Shown here: piece by piece, positions 8,696-18,037 of the stretch | Layout of the letters: every line of letters begins with the position of its first letter | How positions within the stretch are numbered: the first letter of the stretch is position 1 | Source of the DNA: a virus | Direction: 5' to 3' (one strand) | Virus record (IMG/VR): IMGVR_UViG_3300037245_001077 | Coordinates: 112,534-176,533 of that record | Length of the DNA: 64,000 nt | Notes under the pieces: model-generated | Told to the model about the DNA's origin: nothing | What the model saw: only the letters and a program-made list of their open reading frames with translations | Database searches by the model: none | Position numbers and translations under genes: made by a program

Positions 8696-10875
8696 TGCGA
8701 TTTCCAAAGATACCTTCTGTACCTGAGCTAGGGCTATTTTATGGGGATCAGGGGGGACCGGGAACGAGTCTCCCTTCTTCTGATGCCCATAAGCTATGTC
8801 CTTTTTTAGCTGGGGAAGACAAGGCGTTTTGCTCGTTGGATGGGGCCTTGTGCCCTTTCATCGGGTTTAACTACCGTAGGTGTAAGAAGTACACCAACAA
8901 CATGGCTAAGGGTACTTTGCAAGCCAATGACAGGGTTTCAGGTTCCAGTAAACCCCCCCGCATGGAGGCCCTCACAGAAGCGGCCAAAAAAAGGGGGTCC
9001 GCAAGTGAAGAAGACGTTACCAAAGCCTTAGATAGTCTTGAAGCTAAAGACATTAAGTCAGGGCTGTTTGCTGCTTTCGCTACTGACTTAGGAGTTCTAG
9101 CGGATGAAGGTGCGTCTCCAGAGGAATTAAAATCTCTCCAAGCAGAAATTGAACAGCAACTGTTGGCTTTTAAGCTTGTAACTCCCCCTATCATTGGGGA
9201 ACCTGAGCCTGGAGAAACTGCGAAAGAGCGTAAAACAAGAGAAAAATTCGCAAGTAAGAGGATCAACGCTCAAAAATTTCAACTTGAAAGAAAAAGAAAA
9301 CTTGTAAACGCTTACATTGTTCGTACACTGGGTAGTATAGATGACAGTGGACGTAGGGCGAATGTTCAGATTGCCGCTGATGCTTTGTTCGATTTTGCCA
9401 CTATGAGTGTGGAACAAGGTGTTCCAGATATAACACACTACCAAACACGACAAACCAATATCCGTCATCATGATGCAGGAAACACGGAAGATCTGTTTTT
9501 CGGTAAGTACTCAGAGCGCATGAAGCACTCAGCTACATCTGCCAGTACAGAAGACCCAGACAACCGTCCCCATGAGCCACGTAAGGGACCGAATAGGGGT
9601 GCAAGTGCTCCTGATCCTAAAGGGCACCCTGGCCCAAGGCCCAGAAAGTCTTACGCTGGAGAGTCCCAAGCTAAAGCTAGAAATGCTTATGAGGCCCAAA
9701 AAAGAGCGGATAAGGCAGCAAGAAAACTTTTTAAAAAAGCCAAGAAGAAGGCTAAAAAGAAGGCTAGGGATAGACGTTTTAAAGAGCTAGAGAAAGAAGT
9801 AGCTAAAGGTGCATCTCCCGCGTATAAAGCATATAAGCGTCACCCTAGCGGACAAGCCCAAACTAGCACGAAAGCACGTACCGCAGAGCAATTTGCTGGT
9901 TGGGCAAATGAGCTGTCTAAACATTACTCACAAGAGACTATAGACGCTGTTTTCCGTGGAGGAAATCGTGACGCAGATCAGAATATAGAGACAACAAAAC
10001 AATCAGCCGAAAAACTCTATGCGAATAATGATGTTAAGAGTATTGCAGATTTACAAAAAGGACTTTTAGCAAAGTTGAGCAAGTTTGATGATATCGAGCA
10101 CAAGAAAAAGGTTTTCGATTTAGAGTTTGAAGAAAATAAGAGAAAAGCACGGATACTTGACCCACGTCTAGACGAAAAGTTGAGAGCTTGGAAAACTGAT
10201 CCAGAGCGATTGGGTAAAATTGCTACGATGCAAAATAAGGCCATTCGTAGACTCTATAGACTTGAATACCAAAAAGTAAAAATTGGTAACAGTGAGGTTA
10301 TGCAAACTATTCGTAAAGCCACGGTACCTATGATGACCCGTGCAGACTATGAAGTTATTCGTATGTCTGAACAGCTTGGGTTGGCCGCAATCCAGAAGCA
10401 ACATCAGTATGGACGCAAATATGGTAAATTTAACAGTTGGGTGTTGTTTGCAAAATCAATAGTTATACCTGCTTTTGCCGCATCTCTGGGGTATACTCAG
10501 TATATCCCTATCCTTAGCCGTGCTTTCCCACAGCCCTGGTTAGACTCTTTCTACTTTGCTTACGTAGAAACACCTTTGCCCAAGTACCAAAGGTATGGGG
10601 GTAAAGATGATGGGCTGGTAATGTCTCGTGACGATAAGAGTATGATCAGCCAGCGTATGGTTTCTGGGCGTAGCAAGAAACTCATGAAGGGCTTTGATAA
10701 AGACTATGTTATGCCCCCGGATAGAGCGGTACTACACACCCAGTGGCGTCCTACCACTAAGAAGAGTTGGGGAAAAATTCGCCATAAAGAGTTGGCAAGA
10801 CGGTTTCATGCTGCTAAAGTTAAGCCCCCTGCGGGTGCGGCTGATACTTGGCGTCGTGGGTTCTTACGGAGATAA
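8695..10875 (+). CDS. Hypothetical protein (726 aa) with an N-terminal four-Cys motif, a Lys-rich middle and a hydrophobic segment
   Basis: C35-x10-C-x6-C-x9-C63; KKAKKKAKKKAR tract; WVLFAKSIVIPAFAASLG; TAATG overlap. Confidence 0.8.
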   Translation: MRFPKIPSVPELGLFYGDQGGPGTSLPSSDAHKLCPFLAGEDKAFCSLDGALCPFIGFNYRRCKKYTNNMAKGTLQANDRVSGSSKPPRMEALTEAAKKRGSASEEDVTKALDSLEAKDIKSGLFAAFATDLGVLADEGASPEELKSLQAEIEQQLLAFKLVTPPIIGEPEPGETAKERKTREKFASKRINAQKFQLERKRKLVNAYIVRTLGSIDDSGRRANVQIAADALFDFATMSVEQGVPDITHYQTRQTNIRHHDAGNTEDLFFGKYSERMKHSATSASTEDPDNRPHEPRKGPNRGASAPDPKGHPGPRPRKSYAGESQAKARNAYEAQKRADKAARKLFKKAKKKAKKKARDRRFKELEKEVAKGASPAYKAYKRHPSGQAQTSTKARTAEQFAGWANELSKHYSQETIDAVFRGGNRDADQNIETTKQSAEKLYANNDVKSIADLQKGLLAKLSKFDDIEHKKKVFDLEFEENKRKARILDPRLDEKLRAWKTDPERLGKIATMQNKAIRRLYRLEYQKVKIGNSEVMQTIRKATVPMMTRADYEVIRMSEQLGLAAIQKQHQYGRKYGKFNSWVLFAKSIVIPAFAASLGYTQYIPILSRAFPQPWLDSFYFAYVETPLPKYQRYGGKDDGLVMSRDDKSMISQRMVSGRSKKLMKGFDKDYVMPPDRAVLHTQWRPTTKKSWGKIRHKELARRFHAAKVKPPAGAADTWRRGFLRR

Positions 10876-10877
10876 TA

Positions 10878-12356
10878 ATGGCTCGTACTACACCACGTAA
10901 GGTTACTCCTAAACTCCAGTCTGTTGGAGGTGCGCGTCCTGTTAGATTTGAGGGCGGGACAGAGATGGAGTTGCATGGGTATTTGATCCCTGAGAAGCAA
11001 GAAGCTCGGGTAGAGATACCTATTTTCCAACATGCCTTCTACCCCACGCTCAAGCATACTGACCTTGACGTTAAGCAGAACATCACCTACCGCTCTGTAA
11101 CGCTTCCCTCCTTGTCCACCCTTAGGGCACATGGTATCGAGGCTGAGAGGGCCGTTTTTGTGGCTGAGGTGGTCGTTCATCCTCGGTACATCAAACACGC
11201 AAATTATTTCCGGGGGGATTTTCCTGCGAGCATGAAGACTCTTGCCCGTCGAGAAAATATCGTTTTTCTTTTCGCAGCTAACGATATGCCCTCGGCTAGG
11301 TTAAAGCGGAAGCAGGTTTTGAACTTCTGGCGTTTATCCTTTTCTCCTCTTTTGTTGAAGGGGAGACAGTACACCTCTGGGCGTATGAGCTTCTTTATGG
11401 TTGCGCCTCCAGAGTCTGTGTCTAAGTTTAAGAGGTCGCTTAACCTTGAGGGTGTAACTGCGGAAAACGTTAACAAGATTTTAGAATATTACCCTGCGGT
11501 TAGCCGTACACGGAGACCAAGAAAACGTGGACCTCGTGCGAAGTACACGGTTGAAGAGCGTAGGTTGGCTAACGAGTTGGTGAAAGAAACTTCCAGTAGG
11601 TTGTCAGACCAACTACTTCCTTTGGTGACTTCAAAATTTGACATCGCACCGAACTCGTCTACAGCTAAGCAGTTGGATGCTTATTTGAGTAATCCCGCTA
11701 CTAGCCGAGAACTGATAAAGGCTACAGAAGGTAAGCGTAATCGTGCTTGGGCAGTAAAGAAATGGGTGAAGTCATCCATGCTTCCCCGTGTAATAGAGAT
11801 TGCCAAGGACGAAGCGGCAATGGCAGGGGAGTCTATAGTCCGTTTTGCTGTTCTTGCAACTATCACAACAGGAGTTAATATCGCCCTAGGACAGGCACAA
11901 GCCAGTAGAATAGGTAAAAAAATTAACGCCCTTCAGAAACTTGAGTATAAGCCTTCTCGGATGGCTTCGCATACACAGGTAGGCGCAGGGACTCTGGCTT
12001 TCAAGTTCTCACCTAATGCTAAAGACTTGTCTTCTATGCAACTGCAAGTAACCAAAAAAGCGATGGCAGAAATTATGGGCAATTTTGGGCAGTGGGATTA
12101 CACTTCCGCACAAGGGTCTCTTTTTGACATCACGCTGAACTTGCACAATAAAACTAAACCAATAACAGTTAAATTGGACCATGCTGCGTTAAGAGTTCAC
12201 CGGGGGCAGAACAAAGAGAACTTAGGGCCTTTTGCACATAAAAGTCAAGATAACTACCTCACCCAACATATTCTACCCGGCGTAGAACGAGAACTGAACA
12301 TGTGGTTCCAGCACGGTAGAGAGTCTGAAGAAGATAGTCTACTAGGCAATTATTAA
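10878..12356 (+). CDS. Basic hypothetical protein with one hydrophobic segment
   Basis: SD GGAG before ATG 10878 (preferred to TTG 10848); IVRFAVLATITTGVNIALG. Confidence 0.8.
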   Translation: MARTTPRKVTPKLQSVGGARPVRFEGGTEMELHGYLIPEKQEARVEIPIFQHAFYPTLKHTDLDVKQNITYRSVTLPSLSTLRAHGIEAERAVFVAEVVVHPRYIKHANYFRGDFPASMKTLARRENIVFLFAANDMPSARLKRKQVLNFWRLSFSPLLLKGRQYTSGRMSFFMVAPPESVSKFKRSLNLEGVTAENVNKILEYYPAVSRTRRPRKRGPRAKYTVEERRLANELVKETSSRLSDQLLPLVTSKFDIAPNSSTAKQLDAYLSNPATSRELIKATEGKRNRAWAVKKWVKSSMLPRVIEIAKDEAAMAGESIVRFAVLATITTGVNIALGQAQASRIGKKINALQKLEYKPSRMASHTQVGAGTLAFKFSPNAKDLSSMQLQVTKKAMAEIMGNFGQWDYTSAQGSLFDITLNLHNKTKPITVKLDHAALRVHRGQNKENLGPFAHKSQDNYLTQHILPGVERELNMWFQHGRESEEDSLLGNY

Positions 12357-13084
12357 TGCTGTACTTAGAACAAGAAGCTGCCCTTCGTCAGGTTACAGAG
12401 GGAGTAGATGTTCTTTCTCACTTCCTAATGGAGCTGTATGATTTAGACGAGGATGATGCTCTAGACACAGTACGAGAACTACCTGATCTTATCAATAAAA
12501 TCCAAGACAATAAGCTCCGAGAATTGTTTGAGGTAGCGGCTAAGCGTGCTCGTACTAAGGTAATCAAATTCAATCAACCAAACCCCGATGAGTTCTACCC
12601 TGGCCATCCAAAGTTCATGCCGAATATTACAACCAAGAGTACGTTTAACGAGCATATGGCTCAAGCGTTAGAGCCTTATGTCACATCTATTATGCGTAAA
12701 GTAGCTAAGGATCGTGGCCTTAAAGCTCCTGAGGAGCGTGTTGTTAAAGCAGTTATAGCCCAAACAGATTGGGCAAGAGCCGCATACGAAGCTAAACGTA
12801 TGCCCCCTAAGCCTCCTCCAAGCCAATTACGCCGGTTCTTTAGAAAGTATCTTGGTCCATTAGAACGCAAGTTATCTGGGGCTACAGGTATGTTGTTTGG
12901 AATAGCCATGTCTGCCCTTATGATGCAGATGATGTGGCAAACCTTTAAGCATTCCGCTGAAGCAGCAGGAGGAGGAGTGAAAAGTTTCATACCCTTCTCT
13001 CATGCTTCTCAGCACAGAGTGCAGAACAAGTATCAACGCAAACTGGGTATTCCTAAACGGTTCCGAACCTTTAAGACCTTCTAA
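12356..13084 (+). CDS. Hypothetical protein with an acidic leader, basic body and TM-like segment
   Basis: Acidic to ..RELFE, then basic; ATGMLFGIAMSALMMQMMW; TAATG overlaps at both ends. Confidence 0.8.
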   Translation: MLYLEQEAALRQVTEGVDVLSHFLMELYDLDEDDALDTVRELPDLINKIQDNKLRELFEVAAKRARTKVIKFNQPNPDEFYPGHPKFMPNITTKSTFNEHMAQALEPYVTSIMRKVAKDRGLKAPEERVVKAVIAQTDWARAAYEAKRMPPKPPPSQLRRFFRKYLGPLERKLSGATGMLFGIAMSALMMQMMWQTFKHSAEAAGGGVKSFIPFSHASQHRVQNKYQRKLGIPKRFRTFKTF

Positions 13085-13494
13085 TGGGGGTTAAACGGCA
13101 ATGGAAGGTTATGAAGTTGAGGCAGTTGCCTATAGCTGAAGATGTCCGGGCACAGCTTGTCAAGGATATCATTAGGCGTAAGTGCCCTACCGTTAAACTT
13201 TATGCCTGGGACGTTCACCATGAAGGTGTTCATCTCGTTGCCAAACAAGCATTTTTCAATCAACAACAAGCCCTAAAAGATTGGTATATCTCTAAACGGC
13301 TGTGGGAAAAAGAATCTCCTCCGGCTGGGATAGTTGTCTACGCATGGAAAACAGATGTAGATGACATCACTAAACACGCTAAGGGTACTTCTTTGCGCGA
13401 AATTACGTTGCCTCGTAAGCGGGAGATGGATGTTGTTATCCTCCCCTCCTCTGTACAGGAGGATATACAACGAACCCTGGAAAACCAGTCCTAA
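13084..13494 (+). CDS. Hypothetical protein
   Basis: TAATG-coupled ORF closing this block. Confidence 0.7.
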   Translation: MGVKRQWKVMKLRQLPIAEDVRAQLVKDIIRRKCPTVKLYAWDVHHEGVHLVAKQAFFNQQQALKDWYISKRLWEKESPPAGIVVYAWKTDVDDITKHAKGTSLREITLPRKREMDVVILPSSVQEDIQRTLENQS

Positions 13495-13587
13495 ACCCTA
13501 GCTCTTATCCCTCTATATGCATAATTGATTGACTTGGGAAACCGGAGAACTTTGGTTTACCTGAAATAAAACCATAGGAGGTAACAG

Positions 13588-13860
13588 ATGACCTATCCGA
13601 ATATGGATCTGCAATCCTTACCCGCGAATATCGATTTGCGAGTTGGGACAGATCAGGCCGAACGGACTCTCCAGCTTTCGTACTGGCAAGTCTGGGCTGG
13701 TATCCAGTCGTTGAATATCATCGATAATCTGGGTATTCGTCCTGAAGTTGTGGTCAATGCTGGCGATGAAGCTGCGTTCGATACAGCTCTCGGAAACTTG
13801 ATTGCTGAACTTGTCGCTGCGACTGTCTATTACGACGAAATCTTTGCAATGGTTCCGTAG
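13588..13860 (+). CDS. Small hypothetical protein, possibly an abundant virion component
   Basis: Strong SD AGGAGGT; by eye its codon style resembles the capsid gene. Confidence 0.75.
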   Translation: MTYPNMDLQSLPANIDLRVGTDQAERTLQLSYWQVWAGIQSLNIIDNLGIRPEVVVNAGDEAAFDTALGNLIAELVAATVYYDEIFAMVP

Positions 13861-13868
13861 GATAGTGC

Positions 13869-14234
13869 ATGGAAGCACGGCGGCTGATTGACGCAGACAT
13901 CATCTTAGGGGAGTCCCTTACAAGATTCCATCTTGCGATGGACAACTCGATGTTTCCTGATAGCAGCACCGAACTCCATGTAGCTCACCATCCGAATGGT
14001 GACCTTAGAGAACCGGCACAATGGTACAATGTTTACGAACATCCTACTGAGCACCAGCTCAAGCTAGTTCGTGAAGCACTTAATATCGATGAGGACGACT
14101 GGAGGATTGTAGAGCACATGCTCGGATCTTTTCGCTGGGTTATTTACCAGCATGTTGACCCCTCAAAACGCGCTGAAATTCGTGTCGATGTTGCCGGTAT
14201 GAAGGCCGGTGAATGGACAACAACCTACTTCTAG
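13869..14234 (+). CDS. Hypothetical protein
   Basis: ORF packing directly upstream of the protease. Confidence 0.65.
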   Translation: MEARRLIDADIILGESLTRFHLAMDNSMFPDSSTELHVAHHPNGDLREPAQWYNVYEHPTEHQLKLVREALNIDEDDWRIVEHMLGSFRWVIYQHVDPSKRAEIRVDVAGMKAGEWTTTYF

Positions 14235-14244
14235 GAGATCACTG

Positions 14245-15780
14245 ATGACTGACCTGATCGAAGTTATGCCCTTTGAATATCAGATTGTAGAATCTGAGAA
14301 TGGCGCGTTCCGCGTTGAAGGGGTTTTCCAACGGTCAGATGTCGAGAATGCTAACAAGCGTGTTTACCCCCGTCGTATCTGGGAAAAAGAACTGGGTGAG
14401 AAGAGGGTCATGGAAGCCCTTGAAAGCCGTTCTATGTACGGTGAACTGGATCACCCGTCCGATGGGAAAACGATGTTGAAACGTGTGTCTCATGTAGTTA
14501 CTAATCTTTCTCTTACTGAGGATGGAACAGTAACTGGCGGGGCAGACATTTTGCCTACACCAAATGGCCAGATCCTACGCACTCTTTTTGAGTCGGGTAC
14601 CCAAGTCGGTATTAGTTCTCGGGGGTCAGGTTCCGTACAAGGCGGTGTAGTACAGGAGGATTTCAAGCTCGGTACTTTTGATTTCGTAGCGCGACCCTCC
14701 ACCCCAGGTGCGCTCCCCCGCCATGCGGGGGAAATTAGCGGTAAAAAGTCCCGCACAGAAGGTGACGATACTATCGAGAATGTTGTCGTAACAGATGCAG
14801 GGGAAATGGACTCCGATCTTTTCGACAAGCTTTGTCAAGAATTAGAAACCCTTGATGCTGGCGGCATTGTTGATGGTAATCTAACTGAAAGTGAACTTTC
14901 TACCATGGATTTCAATGACATCGGTCACGACGTTACAGTGTTGTATAATGCTGTAATGGGAGAACAGGAGTTCTCTCCTGAATTTGTGGACGCAGTCAGT
15001 GAAGATATCCTAAATCTCGGTGGAACACTAACTCAATTAGCGGCTGACCACCCCGAACATGGAATAGTTATTTCAGATCTACTAGAAAAAGTCGAGAAAA
15101 GCCGTGGGGCTGTGATTGCACAAGTCCCACAAGAAATTGTTAAGGAGGAACCCATGGACAGGCTTCAATTCATTAAGGACCGTCTCCAAGAGCGCTCTGA
15201 CAACCAAGTTTTAAGCGCTGAGGAGGAGATCATGCAAGAAGCCGATGAGCTGCGTCAGGAGCTAGAAGAGCTTACTGATGACGAGTTGATTGACGTAGCC
15301 TTGAAAACTGGTGTTCTTGAGCCAGATGGCGTTGACGAAGACGATGACGATGACGAGCCGGAAGCGGAAGTCACCGTTCAGGATCTTTTGGATTACATCG
15401 AAGAACTTGAGAACGATCACGAAGAGGCGACAAACTTGGTTGTGGAGTTGGCGGAGGCCCTTGAAGAGACAGAAGATGTTGATGACATCACACTAAAGTA
15501 CGAGGCTTCGTTGAACATCATCCAAGAGACCGTTGGTCGTTATCAACTTCTACAAGAGGCAGTCGGTGGCGAAGAGAAGGCCGAAGCGATTATGGAAGCC
15601 CATATTCAGGCCCTCGAAGCTGCATCAGAAGTCACCGAGAGTGGTGACAAAAAGAGAACCCTTACAGAAGACGACGATGTCGCCGCTGTTGAGGCACTTT
15701 TGAACCAGGACGATCCAGAGGGTGACGCTGAGATGCAGCGTTACGTAGAACTCGCAGAGAGTGCCCTCGGGTTGAACTAG
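14245..15780 (+). CDS. Prohead protease (T4 gp21-like) fused to an acidic scaffold domain
   Basis: EGVFQRSD.ENANKRVYP, GELDHP, VSH, ILPTPNG, VGISSRGSGS and DFVARPSTPGA are gp21 motifs; C-terminal ~330 aa are very acidic; SD AGGAG before ATG 14245. Confidence 0.93.
   Translation: MTDLIEVMPFEYQIVESENGAFRVEGVFQRSDVENANKRVYPRRIWEKELGEKRVMEALESRSMYGELDHPSDGKTMLKRVSHVVTNLSLTEDGTVTGGADILPTPNGQILRTLFESGTQVGISSRGSGSVQGGVVQEDFKLGTFDFVARPSTPGALPRHAGEISGKKSRTEGDDTIENVVVTDAGEMDSDLFDKLCQELETLDAGGIVDGNLTESELSTMDFNDIGHDVTVLYNAVMGEQEFSPEFVDAVSEDILNLGGTLTQLAADHPEHGIVISDLLEKVEKSRGAVIAQVPQEIVKEEPMDRLQFIKDRLQERSDNQVLSAEEEIMQEADELRQELEELTDDELIDVALKTGVLEPDGVDEDDDDDEPEAEVTVQDLLDYIEELENDHEEATNLVVELAEALEETEDVDDITLKYEASLNIIQETVGRYQLLQEAVGGEEKAEAIMEAHIQALEAASEVTESGDKKRTLTEDDDVAAVEALLNQDDPEGDAEMQRYVELAESALGLN
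15154..15780 (+). CDS. Putative nested in-frame scaffold (gp22-like role)
   Basis: TAAGGAGG 5 nt before in-frame ATG 15154 (MDRLQFIKDRL); acidic and helical; directly before the capsid gene. Confidence 0.65.
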   Translation: MDRLQFIKDRLQERSDNQVLSAEEEIMQEADELRQELEELTDDELIDVALKTGVLEPDGVDEDDDDDEPEAEVTVQDLLDYIEELENDHEEATNLVVELAEALEETEDVDDITLKYEASLNIIQETVGRYQLLQEAVGGEEKAEAIMEAHIQALEAASEVTESGDKKRTLTEDDDVAAVEALLNQDDPEGDAEMQRYVELAESALGLN

Positions 15781-15813
15781 GTTTAGAACATAAAAATATA
15801 AGGAGGATCGATC

Positions 15814-17190
15814 ATGCAAACCCAAGAACTTCACGCACTTGGTGATCTGGGCAAGCAACTTGCAGAAGGCCACTGGCGTCCACTCGTCGAGAGTATCGAA
15901 GATAAAAGCACCAGAGAGCTAACCGCAATTCTGCTAGAAAATGAGCGCAGGTATATTGCAAACATGGAAGAGGATGTTAGGATCCAGAGTATTGGATCGT
16001 TCGAGAAGTTCGTCTTCCCCATCGTTCGTGCTGTGTTCCCGAATCTTATTGCCAAGGATATCGTTAGTGTCCAGCCTATGACTGGACCGACATCATTGGT
16101 ATTCTATCTTGATGCCGTGTATGGCACTACCAAAGGTAGCGTCACTGCCGGTGACACAATGTTCAGCGCCCGTAAGGGTCACCTTGCGGACGACCAGTAC
16201 TCGTCTGAGTTCGTTGACGGCGAGAAGTATGCCGATTCGGGTGGTACTGCTGTATCATTCACACTTGGCTTCCATAGTTGCCGTCCGGGTACTTTCTCAG
16301 CGGTTTATGAGGATGCACAGGGCGGAAGCGATCTCGTTACCGTTAAAGATAATGGTGTTGGTGGTTTGACAGCTACTGGTGGTGATGGCATTACTGGTAC
16401 TGTGACTATCAACTACGCTACTGGCGCAGTTGTATGGACCGCTTCTAGCACTATTGCTTCGACAATTGTTGGTAGCTACTACTACAATTCTGAGGGATCT
16501 GACCAGATTCCTATCGTTGACATCAACCTGTCCAGTGTGCCGGTTCGTGCGATTCCGCACAAATTGCGTGCTCGTTGGTCAGTTGAGGCCGCAACTAATC
16601 TGAAGGCCATCCATGGCATGGACGCTGAGTCTGAGCTGGTTGCCCTTCTCTCTGAGAAGATCCGGTGGGACGTTGATCGTAGAATCATCTCCGACCTCTT
16701 CACTATCGCTTCGGCTGGTTCCGTTACTTGGAACAAGCCCGCTCCTGCCGCGATTTCGTACAACGATCACAAGCAGACCTTCATTGACGCACTCATTGAA
16801 GCCAGCAACCTGATCTTCCGTGCGACTCGTCGTGGTACTGGTAACTTCGTTGTGTGTGGCACCAACGTGTCGAACGTCATTGAGTCTCTCTATGGCTTCC
16901 GTCCGCAGGCTGTTGCAGGCAACGGTGTTGTGTTCGTTGGTACGCTCCAGGGTCGCTGGTCGATCTACAAGGATCCGTACATGGACGCCGACAAGTTCCT
17001 CGTTGGTTGGAAGGGTTCTTCTTTCCTTGAGGCCGGTTACGTGTATGCTCCGTATGTGCCGCTGTACACTACACCAACTTACGTACTCGACGACATGTTG
17101 AACCGTAAGGGGATGATGAGTCAGTACGGTGTAAAGGCGATCAATGGCGACTTCTATGCGCTTGGTGAAGTCACTTACAATGTGGTGTAA
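15814..17190 (+). CDS. Major capsid protein, T4 gp23-like
   Basis: AILLENE, PIVRAVFPNLIAKDIVSVQPMTGPTSLVFYL, KLRARWSVEA..LKAIHGMDAESEL, AGYVYAPYVPL. Confidence 0.97.
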   Translation: MQTQELHALGDLGKQLAEGHWRPLVESIEDKSTRELTAILLENERRYIANMEEDVRIQSIGSFEKFVFPIVRAVFPNLIAKDIVSVQPMTGPTSLVFYLDAVYGTTKGSVTAGDTMFSARKGHLADDQYSSEFVDGEKYADSGGTAVSFTLGFHSCRPGTFSAVYEDAQGGSDLVTVKDNGVGGLTATGGDGITGTVTINYATGAVVWTASSTIASTIVGSYYYNSEGSDQIPIVDINLSSVPVRAIPHKLRARWSVEAATNLKAIHGMDAESELVALLSEKIRWDVDRRIISDLFTIASAGSVTWNKPAPAAISYNDHKQTFIDALIEASNLIFRATRRGTGNFVVCGTNVSNVIESLYGFRPQAVAGNGVVFVGTLQGRWSIYKDPYMDADKFLVGWKGSSFLEAGYVYAPYVPLYTTPTYVLDDMLNRKGMMSQYGVKAINGDFYALGEVTYNVV

Positions 17191-17218
17191 ACCACTGTCA
17201 GTGACCGAGTAGTAATCT

Positions 17219-17255
17219 AAGCCCCTCACAGTTTTGTGGGGGGCTTGTCTTTATT
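17219..17255 (+). terminator. Intrinsic terminator after the capsid gene
   Basis: 12-bp stem AAGCCCCTCACA/TGTGGGGGGCTT with a GTTT loop, then GTCTTTATT. Confidence 0.75.
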
Positions 17256-17273
17256 GATATGACGGAGGAACTA

Positions 17274-18023
17274 ATGGCACTAGAAAAGTTTTTATATTTT
17301 GACAGGAAGCCTACTAATGTGTGCTGGAATGGCACGTCATTTCCTATCAACCCCAAGGACATTATTGAATGTCTCCCTGGCTTCATCAAGGCTTTTATTA
17401 ATGAGAAGTGGTATAAGAAAGTACCTGCTGACGATACTCGTCCAGTGAAGTATACTTTCCCGGCCACTCCCAGTTTCTTGACACCTGACCCCATGAAAGG
17501 TCTTCCTGTACGATCTACCGACAAGATTACCTCTGAGATGAGAGGTAAGGTACGCCCGGTAGTTGTCTTAGGGGATGAGCCTGAGCTTAACCCCTATGAT
17601 CTTGGGGTTGAAGATGTTGTAGTGGACGAGAAACCTAGAGTGGTTGCTACTACGGCTATTCCTAAAGCAGCTCCTACTATCGTTGTACCTGCTCCCAAGG
17701 TTGAAGAAGAAAAGACCGAAGACTTCGATACCGATGAAGAAGAAACAGAAGAGACTACAGTAGAGTTGGATTTACCCGCTCCTCCTGATGAGAAAGATGT
17801 CCAGGTTGATCCGCCTGAAGCTGATCAAGGGCCAGGGATTCCTTTGAAGTCTGCCCTGCGGATCGAGAATAGGGATCTCATTTATGACCGCATGGTGGGT
17901 GTACGTGATGCGGGATGTCCTTTGAACCCGGATATGGTGGATACCTTCAGCGAGTTTAGGACTAAAAGCACTCGGGGTATTATGTTCAAGGCTCTGTGGA
18001 AGTATTACGGATTTGACGACTAA
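17274..18023 (+). CDS. Hypothetical protein with a Pro/Glu-rich linker
   Basis: SD GGAGG before ATG 17274; position between capsid and neck genes. Confidence 0.75.
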   Translation: MALEKFLYFDRKPTNVCWNGTSFPINPKDIIECLPGFIKAFINEKWYKKVPADDTRPVKYTFPATPSFLTPDPMKGLPVRSTDKITSEMRGKVRPVVVLGDEPELNPYDLGVEDVVVDEKPRVVATTAIPKAAPTIVVPAPKVEEEKTEDFDTDEEETEETTVELDLPAPPDEKDVQVDPPEADQGPGIPLKSALRIENRDLIYDRMVGVRDAGCPLNPDMVDTFSEFRTKSTRGIMFKALWKYYGFDD

Positions 18024-18037
18024 AGTAGGAGCGAGGA

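Noticed and set aside
10848-10877. MASWVLTE as another protease leader
   Set aside because: The segment overlaps the upstream gene and contains the SD for ATG 10878, the likelier start
15781-15813. T4 late promoter TATAAATA before the capsid gene
   Set aside because: Only a loose AT-rich match (CATAAAAATATAA) is present; no exact copy was seen in the intergenic gaps inspected
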